Program-made: the position numbers and the translations under genes
Shown: positions 24,109-38,207 of the stretch, one piece after another
Layout of the letters: each line of letters begins with the position of its first letter
Position numbering within the stretch: position 1 is the first letter of the stretch
Origin: Raillietiella orientalis
Lineage: Eukaryota
Assembly: GCA_036172245.1 (NCBI GenBank)
Contig: JAYWIR010000010.1
Coordinates: forward strand, 2,356,001-2,420,000
Length of the DNA: 64,000 nt
Direction of reading: 5' to 3'
Notes under the pieces: model-generated
Databases searched by the model: none
Seen by the model: only the letters and a program-made list of their open reading frames with translations
What the model was told of the DNA's origin: nothing

Positions 24109-27100
24109 ATGAGCTTTGACTCCAAAAACAATTACAGCATCTCATCTGGTAGCTTCAAAAAAAAAAAAGCTGTTTGGGAAAAGACCTCTAAAAAGAAAGG
24201 TAAGAAATGATTTAGTTTTGATTTTAATTTAAAGTTATTAATCAGTCAGAATAAGAGAACAATAATTGTAAATATTTATGCTTTATGAATCAAGTGATCC
24301 TGCTGTTTTAGAACCATTCATTAATTATTCAATGTATCCGTGGGAATCATATTAGTGCATAATGTCTTTAGACAAAATTCAAGATAATGCTCAAAAAGCC
24401 TAGTAAATTAATTCGAAGTACTTTCTTTTTCAAACAATTTACCAAGAAGTGTATCATAGAAACTTCATAAAAAAATTCTAAGCAGTAGAGCTGAGGATGA
24501 GCTTAATATTATTGGTTATGTAAAGTGCATCTGTTTTCAGGATTACATGCACATGGGATCACAATGATCTTATTATAATATAATTAGACTCTGCATTAAA
24601 GTTTGGAAAATAACTAATAAATTGTGATTATTAATAATTTTTCACCTTGATTTGGGATGAGTGACAAAGGTGATAGGATATTGTAACATGAGAAATATGA
24701 AATATCAACTTAAACTGGTAATGAAATACTGGATGAACTGGATTTATTGTTAGGAATCAAACTTGGATAAATAATGCAAAAAAACATGTGTATAGTGTAT
24801 TTTCTGTAAAATATTGCATAAGTTTATTTGAGAAACTTAATAGCATATTTGCAGAAAATTTCAGGTGATGCTAATAAATGTAATTCTTTATGCTACGTTT
24901 TCACCAATTCAGAAAAGATATCTTATGTATCCTATTTTAAAAAAAAAAAAAGTAAAAATGTATCACAAATGCATTAATTTTTTTTTTTTTTTTTTTCGTG
25001 CATTCTTTCAATGACAGTTTTCCTTCAAATGCAAGTCTTACATCAAAATACTTCGTCTAACTTTTTACCTCAAAAAATAGTTCAATTAAAGAAATTTTGG
25101 AGAAAAGAAAGAACTCAACAAATTGTTCTTAGGGTATTATATGATGTTTTTAACCCGATTTTCTATTGCAAAATAGAAATTTGGCATCTTCGGAAAACAG
25201 TTTTCTGATATGAAACCTGATTTATGTGATGCAGTCATTACCATGCACTCTAAATATGGAATATCACCATGAAATTGTGTACCTTTATTACATAATTTTA
25301 GACAATAGGCTTAAAAATCTTTTAATTTGTCATCTTGGTCTTTGATTTGTTCTTCAATCACTTGTTCATTCCCCAAATTGCATGGTACAATGGGGTTTTT
25401 CATGTGTAGGCTTACCAGCATGTACTTGAGTTTGTATAGAATATAAATTTAGAAAACATGGAAAGATATAGTGGTTAATGATAAATTAACTATTGAAAAA
25501 AAATGAAGATAATGACATTAAGAGAAATAACAGATAAAGAGTGTTATAACAACAAATTACTTCAGTTTTTACTTCAGTTAACTTTTACTTCAGTTTTCTC
25601 ACAATGTATGCAAATGCAATTTCCAGAAACTACAAGTTTTTCTTCATATTTGTATATTAAATTAATAATCATTGAGTCTCAGCATTATTTTTAGTTCTGC
25701 AGTATCTTGCCATCAGTTGTATTTGACTAGTCGCCTTTGGCTACCATCATGCATATTACACAATGATTTTCCTTTGTTTGATGCTTTTCTTTCAGATTAT
25801 TTTTTTTTATATATAAGTCACAAGACAATCTATTATTAGAGGATATCTTTTAATTAAATGCAATATCTTTTACATAAATTTTCTGCACATATTAGATTAC
25901 TGAATGAATTTGAACATATAATTTTAATCCAATCCATCCATGCATGAATTGAATTATTACAGGTCTCAATGCTGAATATTATCATTTGAAAAGTATACTT
26001 GATTGCTGATTTTCATTTGCAAATCAAAATAGCTCTGCTGAGGAATTGACCAAGAAGTGATGTTGAGACTTAGTGTTATTTATTTAATGAGACACAACTG
26101 ACGAAAAAGCAGAATTCATCCTTCAAGGAAATTAGAATTGAGGAAGAAACAAAAGTTTTATAGTGCGGTTGCATATTATACATCACTCGATAACAATAGC
26201 AAAGTCAGTCTTCCCACAACAAAAAAATGAATATGGCACACTAGCTTTAGTAATCTGTTTTTGTAATATGAATTATGCATATGCAGTAATTTGTTTTCAT
26301 TTTTATCCAAGAATTGAATAAACATGCAAGAAAATGTGAGTACTCCCAATTATAGAAACTGATACCTTCAAGTTTGCAGTCAGAATCATTTCCAGTATGT
26401 TGCAGGTAGTTTCAAGGATGAAACTCTAGATACTAAATAAGATACAAAAATTGAGGAAGGCATCGGAAGAGATTGCTTTAACTGTTTATTAAGGAAAGGA
26501 AAGCTACAAATAAGATATGCAGAACAGACTGGATAGACCGACTGTTATACATTATGGATGGCAGTCTGTTTACCCTAAACCTTCAGAAACAAGTGAATAA
26601 GAGGATTCTTGTATCTGAAGATGACATACCAACTTCTTATGACTCTTAAAGTTTGAACTTCAGAAAACGCTATTTGGGATTTTATCATCTATGGACAAAT
26701 CATGCTTTGAAGCCATTTCACTCAATAAAATGGAAGAATAATTTCCGGGAAACGGATTTTATGTAGATGTTTTCATTCTAATACTCTGGATATGCCAAAA
26801 AAAACAATGTTGTGAACTTCGGCAATCTATGTTTTAAAATTGCATGGAATTTGTTTTGTTTTGTTCTTTCATTTTATTGGATCGGTGATTGATTTTTTTG
26901 TACATTTTTGCATTGAATGTAAATGATTTGCATTTTGTAATTGATCTTCACTTCCATTGCCTTTATTGTTATTCTATTTTCACCTCCATTTCAGATAAAA
27001 ATGAGATTTCTCAGTTTTCTGGGGAAGGCTTTCAATACAAGGGTAAATTGATCGGTATTCTTGAAGTTCCAAAACCTCGTGGAGATCATATGTGTCAAGA

Positions 27101-30100
27101 AGCTCTTGGAGAGTTAAAAACAGCAGTAAAAGCAGCAGGTGAACATAAATTAAGAATAATAATTAACATATCTTTTGATGGCTTAAAATTAAAGGATGAA
27201 AAAACTGGGGTATTTGTACTTTTTTTTATGATTATATATTGTTATGGTATATTTATTATTAGTTCTGCCTATATCATCATCCAGTTCACAAGATATCGTT
27301 CATTGCTCAAGATTTAGTTGATAATAGAGCATTTGGTTATGTGTATGGTTCACCTGATGAAGGGCATAAATTTTTTGGAGTTAAAACTGAAAAATCAGCA
27401 TACCAGGTTTGTGCATTCAATGTTTATTTGTAATCATGAAGATGGTATTTCATCTACAGCTTTAAATACTTTATGTCCATACTTCTCACTGTCCATGGAT
27501 GTCTTGCATACTTTTCATCATCCATGAATATCTTAATGAAAATCAGAAACTTATCTCAAATAATTTTCATTAGCTTCTGAATTACAATTTTTATTTCCAA
27601 CAATAGATTCCTAAATTTCCGATTAAAATTGCTAAAATATGACCTCTAAAGATTCGAGTCTTTCTTTTTTTTTTTTTTTTTTTTCCCCTGATAGACTGAG
27701 TATTATTCTATTATTTAAAGAAGTTTCAACATGTAAACCTTTTTTATTCATTTTAGTACAAGCATTGGTACAAGCATTTGTTTGAGGGAAGAATTGTGTG
27801 TCACTGCTAGAAACAAACTGCATTGTTTTTAAGTTCATTCATTCCTTGGCAGGTTCAATCAGTTTATGCTTAGATGCAGATCTCTGCATGATTATTGCAT
27901 TTCTTGACTTTATTTGCTTCTGATGTTTGTTAAATTGTCTCAGTGTGCTTCACATCTTTTAGTTTGAATTTTGGTGCAGCTTTAGCAATGAATGAAGTCT
28001 TTGTATGTAATGTGCAACATTCTTTAGTACGCGACTACTTATTTTTTATTTATGAAGTACTTAACTGTAATGTTATGTCATAAGTATCTTATTCACGTTA
28101 TGTGTCATTTATTTTTAGTGATTGGATGTTATCTCAGTCTTGTCAACAGTCTTATTTCATCTTCTAAGTCTACATTTCTTGATAATGCTACAGGAATACA
28201 TTTAAAAGCTTGAAATGCATAAGTAGCCTTCATCGATGATATATTGAATATGTGGCATTTTTCCATAATGTAGAAATCAACTGTAACGATTGTAATTATT
28301 CGACTTTGGTTTTAATAGATCGTTTGATTCAGAATTTGAGAATATGGAGTAACACTAAGCAGAAAGCATAATAGTTATTTGTACAAATAAATTCACAGGA
28401 GTTTCTTGCAAATCAGAATGACTACTTTAATGAATGTGTAAATAGGAAAATCACTGCAGAGTTAAAGCATTAGCATAAAACATGAAAACAAGAATGAAAG
28501 AAAAGAAATCAATTGTCTGTATACTTCCAAGTGAGGGATTTTGGAGGCTTTAATAAAATTGTCTTAGTTGATGACACTTGAAAAGTGATACTGTGATTTT
28601 AATTACAATATTTTCTGTAGTACTTTACTGATATCAGGAAACTATTTTAACTTGGAAGTTAGTTAACTATTAGTTTGTTTTACCATAAGTTTGTTTCAAA
28701 AACGATGGAAAGATTGCTCATTTGCTAATTGCCAAAAAATGATCCATTTTATGATTGCAAATTCCTAAGAGATTTGAAAAAAAAATCCATTGACGGAAAT
28801 TATCCTTGCATTATGAAGTTCACACTATAAAAAGCTCTGGTAATTTTAGAACAATCACCTCGTAATAATTCTGAAAGTGAGATACAAGCTTCCAGACAAC
28901 TATTTTCTATCTCTAGTAACTTCTCTTACTTCCTAGCTCACCCCACACCTAAAGGAACCCCAATGTCCCTCTCTCTGTTCATCCCACTACTAGAAACCAT
29001 AATCCAACCCATATCCCTGTCTTTACGATTAACAGCCAACATCACCACTAGTCACATCCTTATCATACTCTCAAACAACATCATTAACCTTATGCCATTC
29101 ATCCCCATCATAATTTTAGAAATCACTATAGCCATCATTCAAGCTTACATCTTCATAACACGAACATCACTTTACACAAACAAATAACCACAATAGCAAA
29201 TCACCAACCATTTTTCCTTCACCCCTACAGACCCTGACCCATTCTCATCTCAATCTCATTCTCAAAGTTAGACTTTCACTTCAGTGAAAGTCGAACTTTG
29301 TTAACTGAAATTGTTTTGAGGGATATGTGTTTCTACAGGTACTAAATTTAAAACAAACTAATGATTTCACATTCATAAAGTTCATTACTTAGATTAATCA
29401 CTTAGTTTAAAATGTGTGGAGTTTTGAGATGCTGTTCTGGAGGAATGCTTTACTGAGGTCTAAGCTAAACAACATTGCAAGCATTTGAAAATATGATTGG
29501 AAATAATGTAAATGTAAGAAGCAGTAATAAAATAGACTAGATCTGTAGGCTAACAAGTATATGCGTTTTGCATAATCCTTAAAAATTTAAAGACAGACAT
29601 ATTTAAAGATCAGACATTTATTAAATAAATAAAAAATCAGGTGAATCTAAATCATGAAAGAGTTGGGATTTGCGAAAGGTGCCAACGCATATGCATTGAG
29701 GTATTTAAAATTTAGTATTATATCCAAAATAGTGATAATCAATCGTCCATAATCAAGTTGAAGCAAAAGATGTATAAAAGTGAATAAAATGCATTCATTT
29801 GTTAATCTAATAAGTTGAATGAAGACAAGAAATTGAGAATTATGATGAGTTTTAGCAACATTCATTTCGTATCAAGTAGGGGTTCCTAGTGTTTAATACA
29901 GTTTTGACAGAAATTATTCAGTGATACTAATAGTGAGAATTAAACCAGCATTTTTAGTCATTTGCAAATTTAGTATAGGTCACTTGTTTAAATTCCATTG
30001 CTTGATTACAGAAATTTCATTTCCCTATTGAAAGAATACTCCAGTAATTCAAAGCAATAAACTTTTTTGTCTTCGAACTTTCAAAGAAATTCTGGAAACA

Positions 30101-33100
30101 GGCAACTCTGAAGCATGTGGATTATTTAAGTGTATATTGTTTATAGATTTAAAACTGATTGCTTGCAATTTATTCAACTTTTCTTACATTTCTTGTTTAA
30201 GAGAATTCTCCTCCTGCCTGAAAAATATGTTGAGGACCATCATAATTTTCATTAATGATTTCATGTGTATTTAATTATATTTTTGAAATAGACATTTAAT
30301 CAACACATCAAAAAGAATTTTTTTTCTATAGGATACATTGAAAGTGCTAGATACAAACTGCCATTTATAAATACAGTTTTCCAGTCAGTAGACTTTTGAA
30401 TAGACGGATTCATGTATTGCTTTAAAAATCGTTGCCTTGAAATCGCTTTCATTTCACCATAATATGGTAGTATTTAAATGCCAATTAAAATTGTATAAAA
30501 TCATTTGATTTTTTGCATACCTGATGATCCTGGAACTTGTACATCTTCCTTCTTTTCTCTTAATGAACATTTGGTTTCTTTCGTTTTTCCTACATGCATC
30601 TTTTTTTTTTTTGAACAAAGAACAATGAGCTCTAACGTGTTATTGATAGCAGGGGATTTATGTATTTGAAAAAATTTAATGTTTTGTGTAATAGAAGTAT
30701 TTTCTCATTGTTATTCCTTCATCATAATTGTTTTTATTTATTAGGTTGTCCTGTCCTTAAGAAATCTGTTTCAGCTGATTTTTGAAATGAAACAGGACTC
30801 TGAAAAGAATAAACCTGATCATGCATTATCTAAGTCATTTCTTCAGTTCAGTCAAAATACTTCCAAGGTACACATTTACTCTAAGCAAGGTTAAGTGTTT
30901 CAAAACGAAAGTTTTAGTTTTGTGACACAAAACATGTTTATTTTAGGAACAAATCCAGAATAAGAAATTTCATTATATTGAAGATCTGCTGGAATTGCAG
31001 AACGATACGCAGAAGAGTGATTTAATTGTATCAAACAAAAAACAATCCTCTAATTTGTACCAGAATTTAACGGAAGTTGATCCATTTGGAGATTCATTTC
31101 AACCAAATATTATGGTCCCCTTAATACAGCCTCCATCTGGGAACTCAAAGCATTCTTGCATTGATGAAAAACAAAAACCTATGCATGAATTAAATATGTC
31201 TTTGGCAAAACAGCATGAAGAAAAACATGATTTAGATGATCCATTTACTTTAACAGATTTCACATTAGATGAAAATGAGCAGCATTTTCAAACAGACACT
31301 TTGGATGACAAGTATGCACCCTTGACTAACTTATCTGTTAGTCAGAACAACGATCTGCATGATAGCAGTGTTTTCAGTCAGCATACCAAAACTGATTCTA
31401 CATTATCAAATGTTGATGTACCTCTAAATGAAAAAGTAATGAAGTAATTTTGAATTTTTATGCATATTTTGTATATTTTAATGCATGTTTCCGGCTTTAT
31501 GAGCATTGTTGCATATGGTTATAGTTTAGTTATTCATTTTTACCTGCTTGTTTTGAAGTCTATGGGAATGCAGCAAAATGTTTTTCTAGTATGTCTCGTT
31601 ATTTGGAGAACCACTCCCTAGCAAGTGGATAATACCTTGTAAATCCGTTAGTCATTACAAAGATGAAACTAAATCAAGTGTCAGTGACGATTTTGCTGAT
31701 TTTAGTGTTTTTGAAAAAACAGAGGATGATTTATTTTTTAAGGATGTAAGTAAGAAACGTCAGTTTACATGCATTAATTATGTGTTTTTCAGACAAAAGA
31801 AACATGTTATATGCATGAAGATTTGAATTCAATTAAAGATAAAACAGTGCATCAGCTTCTTTTGGACAATTCTTTTGTTGAAATAGATAGTGATGAATAT
31901 AGTGCTGATAGATCAGAAGCTTCAGAAGGACATGATAATCATATTCCCATGTTACCTCCACGGCCACTCATTATTAATCCACCTCCTCTACCTCCTAGGA
32001 AGCAAAGCATTCAGCAGGATGTTCTGAATAGCAAAGATAAAACGAAAACTTCCTCTCAAGATTCATTCAAAGCCTTTGTTCCTCCTTCAATTCAAAAAAC
32101 TAACTTGTTACATTCATTGAACAGCAAATCTAACACTCTTTTTGAGTCAAGCAATTTCGAATCCATAACTCCTTCCAGTGAACACTTAGAATACAATGCT
32201 GATGCTAATCAAGGATATAGCAAGGTAATTTGATTTTTGCAGTTCACAGGTTCAGTTATGCCTTGATGTAATTATAGGTTTTGGCTTTCCAAGAAACAAC
32301 TCACAGTTTACCGTGTTTATCAAATGTATTATACCAAGATGCAAGCGATGATTCAGAAATAATACATTTTCAAAAAAATAAACGCACTGTACATGCATTC
32401 AACGATCCTGATACACAAGCCAATTTTTCAACTTCTGAACAGCATGACCCATTTTATGATGTTGAAGAATACATGGATCCTTCTAAATTGAATTTCAAAA
32501 AAGAAAATCATGAGAATTCTCGTTTTGCACTCTCATTGCCAGCAGAAGAGTATGAAAACTTCCAACCTGTCATATGCCCTTTCAAATCTAATTATCATGT
32601 CAACCATAGCAAAAATCTATCTCAGCATAAGAAACATGGGGAGACAGTTTCTGACCATGAAGAACAAGTACTTCAAGATTCTGAATGTTTCCTTAAAAAA
32701 CAATCTAGATTTCCTGATACAGGTACTGATTGCAGCAAATGTATAGAATTGGGAAATCTTCGATCAGTTTCAGGGTGTTCCTTAGAAAGTAAAGGATTCG
32801 CAGAATTTTTACCTTTTAAAAAAGATTTATTTTCTCGTAAAGAACCTTCAAACGAAGGTTCCTGGATAGGTCACAAAGAATTTTATATTGAGGAACTGTA
32901 TCGTGAATTACACAAAAGTTGTTCAATCGGAATGAACATTGTTACAAAGGATCATGTGGATGTATGCCATTTGAATTCCAAATGTTGTTGTGATTCGAAT
33001 TCACAGAAGTATTCTTCACCCAAAATAATACAGCATTGTTGTTGCCAGTTAGTTCATTGTCAACCATCTTTCATGTGTCATCATTGGAAACAGAGTCCAC

Positions 33101-33513
33101 GCCAATATTCAGGAAAAGAATCATCCATAGATAATCTTAAATTTGAAGATAACTTCCTGGAAATCCATCTTTCGAGTGATCCATGGAGACCATCAAAACA
33201 TCTGGCAGAATCCGTGCCCTGTAACATGTACATTTCTTCAGAGAAAAAAGATGGAAAAAGCTTGAACTGTATCAACGATAAATTTGTTCCTGAGTCTATA
33301 GTGACAAAGCAAGCAGCTGTATTTGAGACAGCAGATCGTTTCGAGAAAAAACAAATTAGTACTACAATATCTGATTTGAGCAAAAATGAAGCAGCACGAA
33401 CATCAAATGAAGATCAAGATCTTATGAAAAAATCTGATTCTGTTGATATATTTAGGACATGTAAGGATCCATTTGCAGATGATTTTTTTAATGAGGAAAA
33501 TATAAATCAGTGA
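24109..33513 (+). CDS. Dab: Disabled (PTB-domain endocytic adaptor)
   Basis: Phase-consistent GT-AG exons 24109-24199, 26995-27209, 27263-27406, 30745-30867, 30947-31435, 31590-31745, 31793-32224, 32278-33513. PTB domain FSGEGFQYKGKLIGILEV..RGDHMCQEAL..HHPVHKISFIAQD..VVLSLRNLFQ closely matches insect Dab; DPF/DPW motifs, PPLPPRK, C-terminal DPFADDFF; AATAAA at ~33681-33721. Exon 1 and the start codon are least certain. Confidence 0.92.
28897..29266 (+). pseudogene. NUMT: 3' part of mitochondrial atp6 and start of cox3, within Dab intron 3
   Basis: FLAH.TPKGTP..LLETIIQPISLSLRLTANI..HIL...LEITIAIIQAYIF (ATP6), TAA 29185-29187, then ATA GCA AAT CAC CAA CCA TTT..CCC TGA CCC (COX3 PWP, TGA=Trp); strongly A/C-skewed; small deletion near ETI. 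Confidence 0.9.
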
Positions 33514-36500
33514 ACATTCAAAACATGTTACACACTTGCTAGATCTAGTTGCAGCAAACCAAAATACTCAATCATCTGATGTGATATTGTTTATCTGTAC
33601 CTTTTGCATTTTTTGTGATGAAAATTTTGCTCTAGTCATTTGCATTGTTTTCAATATTTAATATAAAGTGTATCAAGTGCAATAAATTATTTTTTTTTCA
33701 GCATAATAAATTTGAAATAAACTACATAACATTGTGTACATTTTCAGTTGTAAATCTGTAGGTCAGTATGCAGGTGCAATCTATGAACATCTCTTATGAC
33801 ACCACCGAGATTTTAGAACTCTAAGCATGTGAACTCAATTCCTGAAACTTGAAACTGGAGTAATTCTCTGTGAGTTTGAAAACTTCATCGCATTGACGTA
33901 AGCATCCTACTATTTTGTGTGCATTCATATAGATTCCTAATGGACGTGAATGGATTCCAGAGCGTACAGACTTGGAAAGCATACTTTCTGTGCGTAGGAA
34001 CTTATTGTGATTCCCGACATTAGATTTCAGAATCACCTATACTGTTATTGAAATTAGGTGACAAAAAGTAAACAAATCTTGAGCCTTGATTTGGATGCTT
34101 GAAAGAAAATCATTCTACTGCAGAGGTATTGCGGCCAAATTGTAGTAGTGCAGAAACACTCGTTTTATTATCGTCGTTCTAACTGTAACTTGATGTTTTT
34201 CTAATTTCATACTTGAAAATCAAGAAATTTCATGAATTAAGTATCTGGCACTTGACTTTTAAAAAGTATTCACGCTGCGTTCCCCAATCCGGAAAAATAT
34301 GAAAAGCAACATTACAAGCATAAATAATGCATTACTTAATCCCTTTTTTTTTAAAAAAAAGGCATAGCCGTATGAGTTTAACAAGCAACGGAGGATTAGC
34401 AAACGTTAAGTTACGTAACCTTATTGAACTCCATAGGGAGGCTGCGTATAAGTGCATTTTTGGAAAAAATAAAAATGACAGTAACCTTTACATATTACTG
34501 TATTCATTACATACAAGAACATACATCATGCAGAGACTGTCAGCAGTTGGAGTAAGGAAAACGAAATTTATGAAACCCTTTTTCCCTACTTATGTAATGT
34601 CAATGTCCACGATTACGTGTCCGCAAAAATATTGCAGAGGAAATGTATAACAAGTACAATTAGAATTTTCCTATTTTGTACTTTTTTCCCCCTTTCTTCA
34701 TTTCTTTTTCACTGTTTTGGAAAACTCAGATGAAAGACAAGAACACAGAGAAGCAACTGGTGCGGAAAGTTTTCGACGAGGGCGGAAATCTGCATTACTC
34801 GATTCAAAGGAGTTTCTCACATTCAAAACGTGAGGAATCCCAAGATACACCCAGTTCAACTGAAATTACACTGAACGTGGTTTGAAAATTTGAAAAAACT
34901 CCAATCCGTTCTGTTTTCGCATGCGCAGAACAGCAGCGCTGCACTGCGCGTACGACCGGAATTTCGCTTTCCCCGAAGTTCGTACCGAGGCGGTAAGGAC
35001 ACATCAGCGAGCAGCCCGGTCAGGAGATGAACCCGGAAGCAGGCCCGGAAGAATGGAAAAGAAGCAGACCGGGTTCCTCGGCTTCACTAATTTGTGAAAT
35101 GGCCTTTGCCCTCGTGAACAACTCATCTTCATAATTATATTCTTCGTCCATTTCTCTTGACAAGGGATCGGATTTTCGTTTACCTGACAGCCGCAAAGTT
35201 TTCAGAATCTGTCTTGGTTTGAAGGTCTGTGGTAGCAGAGGTTGTACGATGCATTTTTGGATTGCAAATTCAGCTTACAGCTCTCTTTTATCTTGCCACC
35301 TGACATTGTATATGACAATAGTGACTTTTTTCTAAAATTCACCTTCTCTCACTTTCAACAGTGTCTTTCAGATCAGACTTTGGTGACCCATTCCGTGTTA
35401 TTCCTCTCTTCCTTATAGCATGTTCAACCGTATCCTTTACCGTGTCAATTACGGGTTGATATAGTGGGAAAATACACGGTCCGGCATACACGGTGGTGCG
35501 CCGGGCATCCGCTGAAAAAAACAGCTGAGTCACTCGTTTTTTCTCTTTATATCAACCAACCTTTAGACGAATATTAGTTAATCCACTCGTAATTATCATA
35601 AGCCTTGGTGCAAGTGTGGGTTAAAATGTGGAAACTTGAAAAAAACAATCATAGTGCCACGGCAGTTTGATCCCTGATAATCCGGTTTCTTGCAAATTTA
35701 CATTTATGGAATAGCTTGATGAATTCTGCTTCTTTGAAATTGCAGGATTGGCATTTTATCTGCTTTCGATCTTAGTTTAGGAATATCTGTCTATCTGAAG
35801 ATGATTCAACTGTTTTCTCTTGATTCCCAAAACTTTCATTTTACATTCATTTTTCGCTATGTTTTCCTCTGTTTCCTATAAAAAAAATCATAAATATGAA
35901 GTTAAATTCCGGAAACTCAGCTCATTTTAAAAACAAAAAGCTAATGTATTTAATAGTGTTTATATAACTGCGCACAATACTGTTTCACTGGAAAGCTCTC
36001 CTTTTTTTCAGAATTCGAAATTAACAAAAATTATGCAAATACTCGAAGTTCGTCTGCCAATAATGAATAGATATGCCTTCCCTTTTCGATGAGTTTTAAA
36101 AGTCATTTCATTTTTTTCTTTCCTTCCTAGTCCTCACTGAAAAGTAATGCATGTTTTTTTGTTGCTGTTCAAGGGAAAATTTCGTATTTCTAGAATTATT
36201 GGCATAACATTACTTCAAGGAAATGAGAAAACTATAGACCCTCATGTGTCATTTTTTGAAAATGAATTCTTTCAAGTAAATGATATTCATCTTTTCAGTT
36301 CCGTTTAAGTCTATTCACTTTTTTATTTTGTTCACTAATAATTGTTTTCAATGATATTGTTTATTCATTTAGTAATGGAAGTGAACCTTTTATTATCGAA
36401 TATAATTATTGGTTTCCACATTAGTATTTCACCTTCTTGACATTTAACTTCCAGAATTTGATCTTTAAGCATGTTTTGGATTTCAGATTCGATCTCTGCC

Positions 36501-38207
36501 TATGTTGGAATTTTTCAATTCAGTGTTTTATACATACACTTGGTTTTCTCTGCTATTCAGCATGAAATTATCTTCAAAAATCTATTATTTGATGCAATTT
36601 CGATTTATTCGATTGAGTTGCCTTCTTTTCTTGGGTGTGCTTTAAACTTCCTCAAAAAAGCATGTGTGTGTGTTTTATTACTAGTATTTGGAAGTATACC
36701 ATTTGTGTCTTACCGAATTTTGAATATTTATCACTTTATTCGCAATCTTATGCAATTTATAAACAGTTAGCACTTACCTCAAAGGTATTTCATTTCTTCA
36801 TATCTCATTACCACTTCCAAATGATTCTTAATCCTAACCAACTATTTCCTTGAAATATGGAAGTGTTTTTAATAACAGCGTTCGGGATTCATTGGATAAT
36901 TAGAAAATCTGAAAAATATCAGAATACAGATTATCATTTGTGCACTTTGGCTACCTTTGATCACATAATTTTATTTTCATTTTATAATTTTCACATTTCT
37001 TAGCGTCTCTTGAAGTCTAAAATAATTTATCGTATGCTTTCAAAGAAATAAAAACCTTGAAGAGATGTATTTAGAATTTGAATAGAAAAGAACACCACAC
37101 TTTTTATTAAGAGAACTTCCCTCGTTGCATTTGCGAATGTCGGCACGCACGGTGATTCGTCTTCTCACCAAAGGGTTCTTGTGGTCTTTCCATGTGAGAA
37201 AAATGCAGAGATGATTGACTGATAGACTACTTCTAAAGTCTTCCCGCATATTAGAAGTTACCTTATATTCCAAGAAGTCTTTGTTCTCTAGTTGATGGGG
37301 AAATGCAAATTTTATGAGTATCGTTCCGATTACCAAATAGTTATTTGCTTTTAGAAACAATGGATGAGGAGTCCGGAAGATAAGATGCGAATTATGCTCA
37401 ATGGCTAACATGTGGTATTTTCAAATCACAGTACTTGTATTTAAACGAATTATATTTATTTTAGTCAACAAGTTAAAGATTAAATAATGAAATAACTTTG
37501 TATTTGGCGCTTGCGATAATTTTAAAATTAAATTGATAAATTTTTTTGATAAATCTCGTTTTTTTTTAGGTATTTACACTTTTGTATTCATGTTAATTTG
37601 GTACCTCTACAATTTCACTGTGTTTCTTGAAATGAGAAGGGATCCTAACTGCAATAAAGTGGTGTGTTTGCACTTTTAGTTTTGTATATTTCATTTTACC
37701 ATTAATTGATTGTGAAATTGCTATTTTATGAATAAAATATCTTTCTTCATTACCCAAATGGAGCCTTGAGCTTAGTTGAAAATATTATTATTTGAAGAGA
37801 AATTTTATAAACAGTGTTACTACACTTTGTTTCCAAGGAGATGAATTTTTTGAGCAGTGTGTGCATAATATTAAACAAGTTACTGGATTTCTAGTAATCC
37901 GAGAAAGCCACAGTCAATTTCATTTATTGTGTATTGGTTTGTGTATCATTGAATTTTTGAGTAGCATTATTCGTATTTAATTATTGCAGTGTGTTTATAG
38001 TGAATGACTTACTAAGTTAGGTGTTTCTTGTTTTATAAAAGTATACAGATCAAATTTTCAGCATACTTAAAAACTTTAGAAACATCCCATATCTAACATT
38101 TTATAGTACGCCGTCAATGATGAATGCATAGATGCAATGAATAATAAAGTTGATAGTGTCACAAACTTTCAAAACTGCAAATTTTGGATAGGTAAAAATG
38201 TAAAGTC

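Noticed and set aside
28963..29187. ORF as a functional nuclear ATP6
   Set aside because: Fragmentary, carries a deletion, and continues into cox3 in mitochondrial code, so it is a NUMT.
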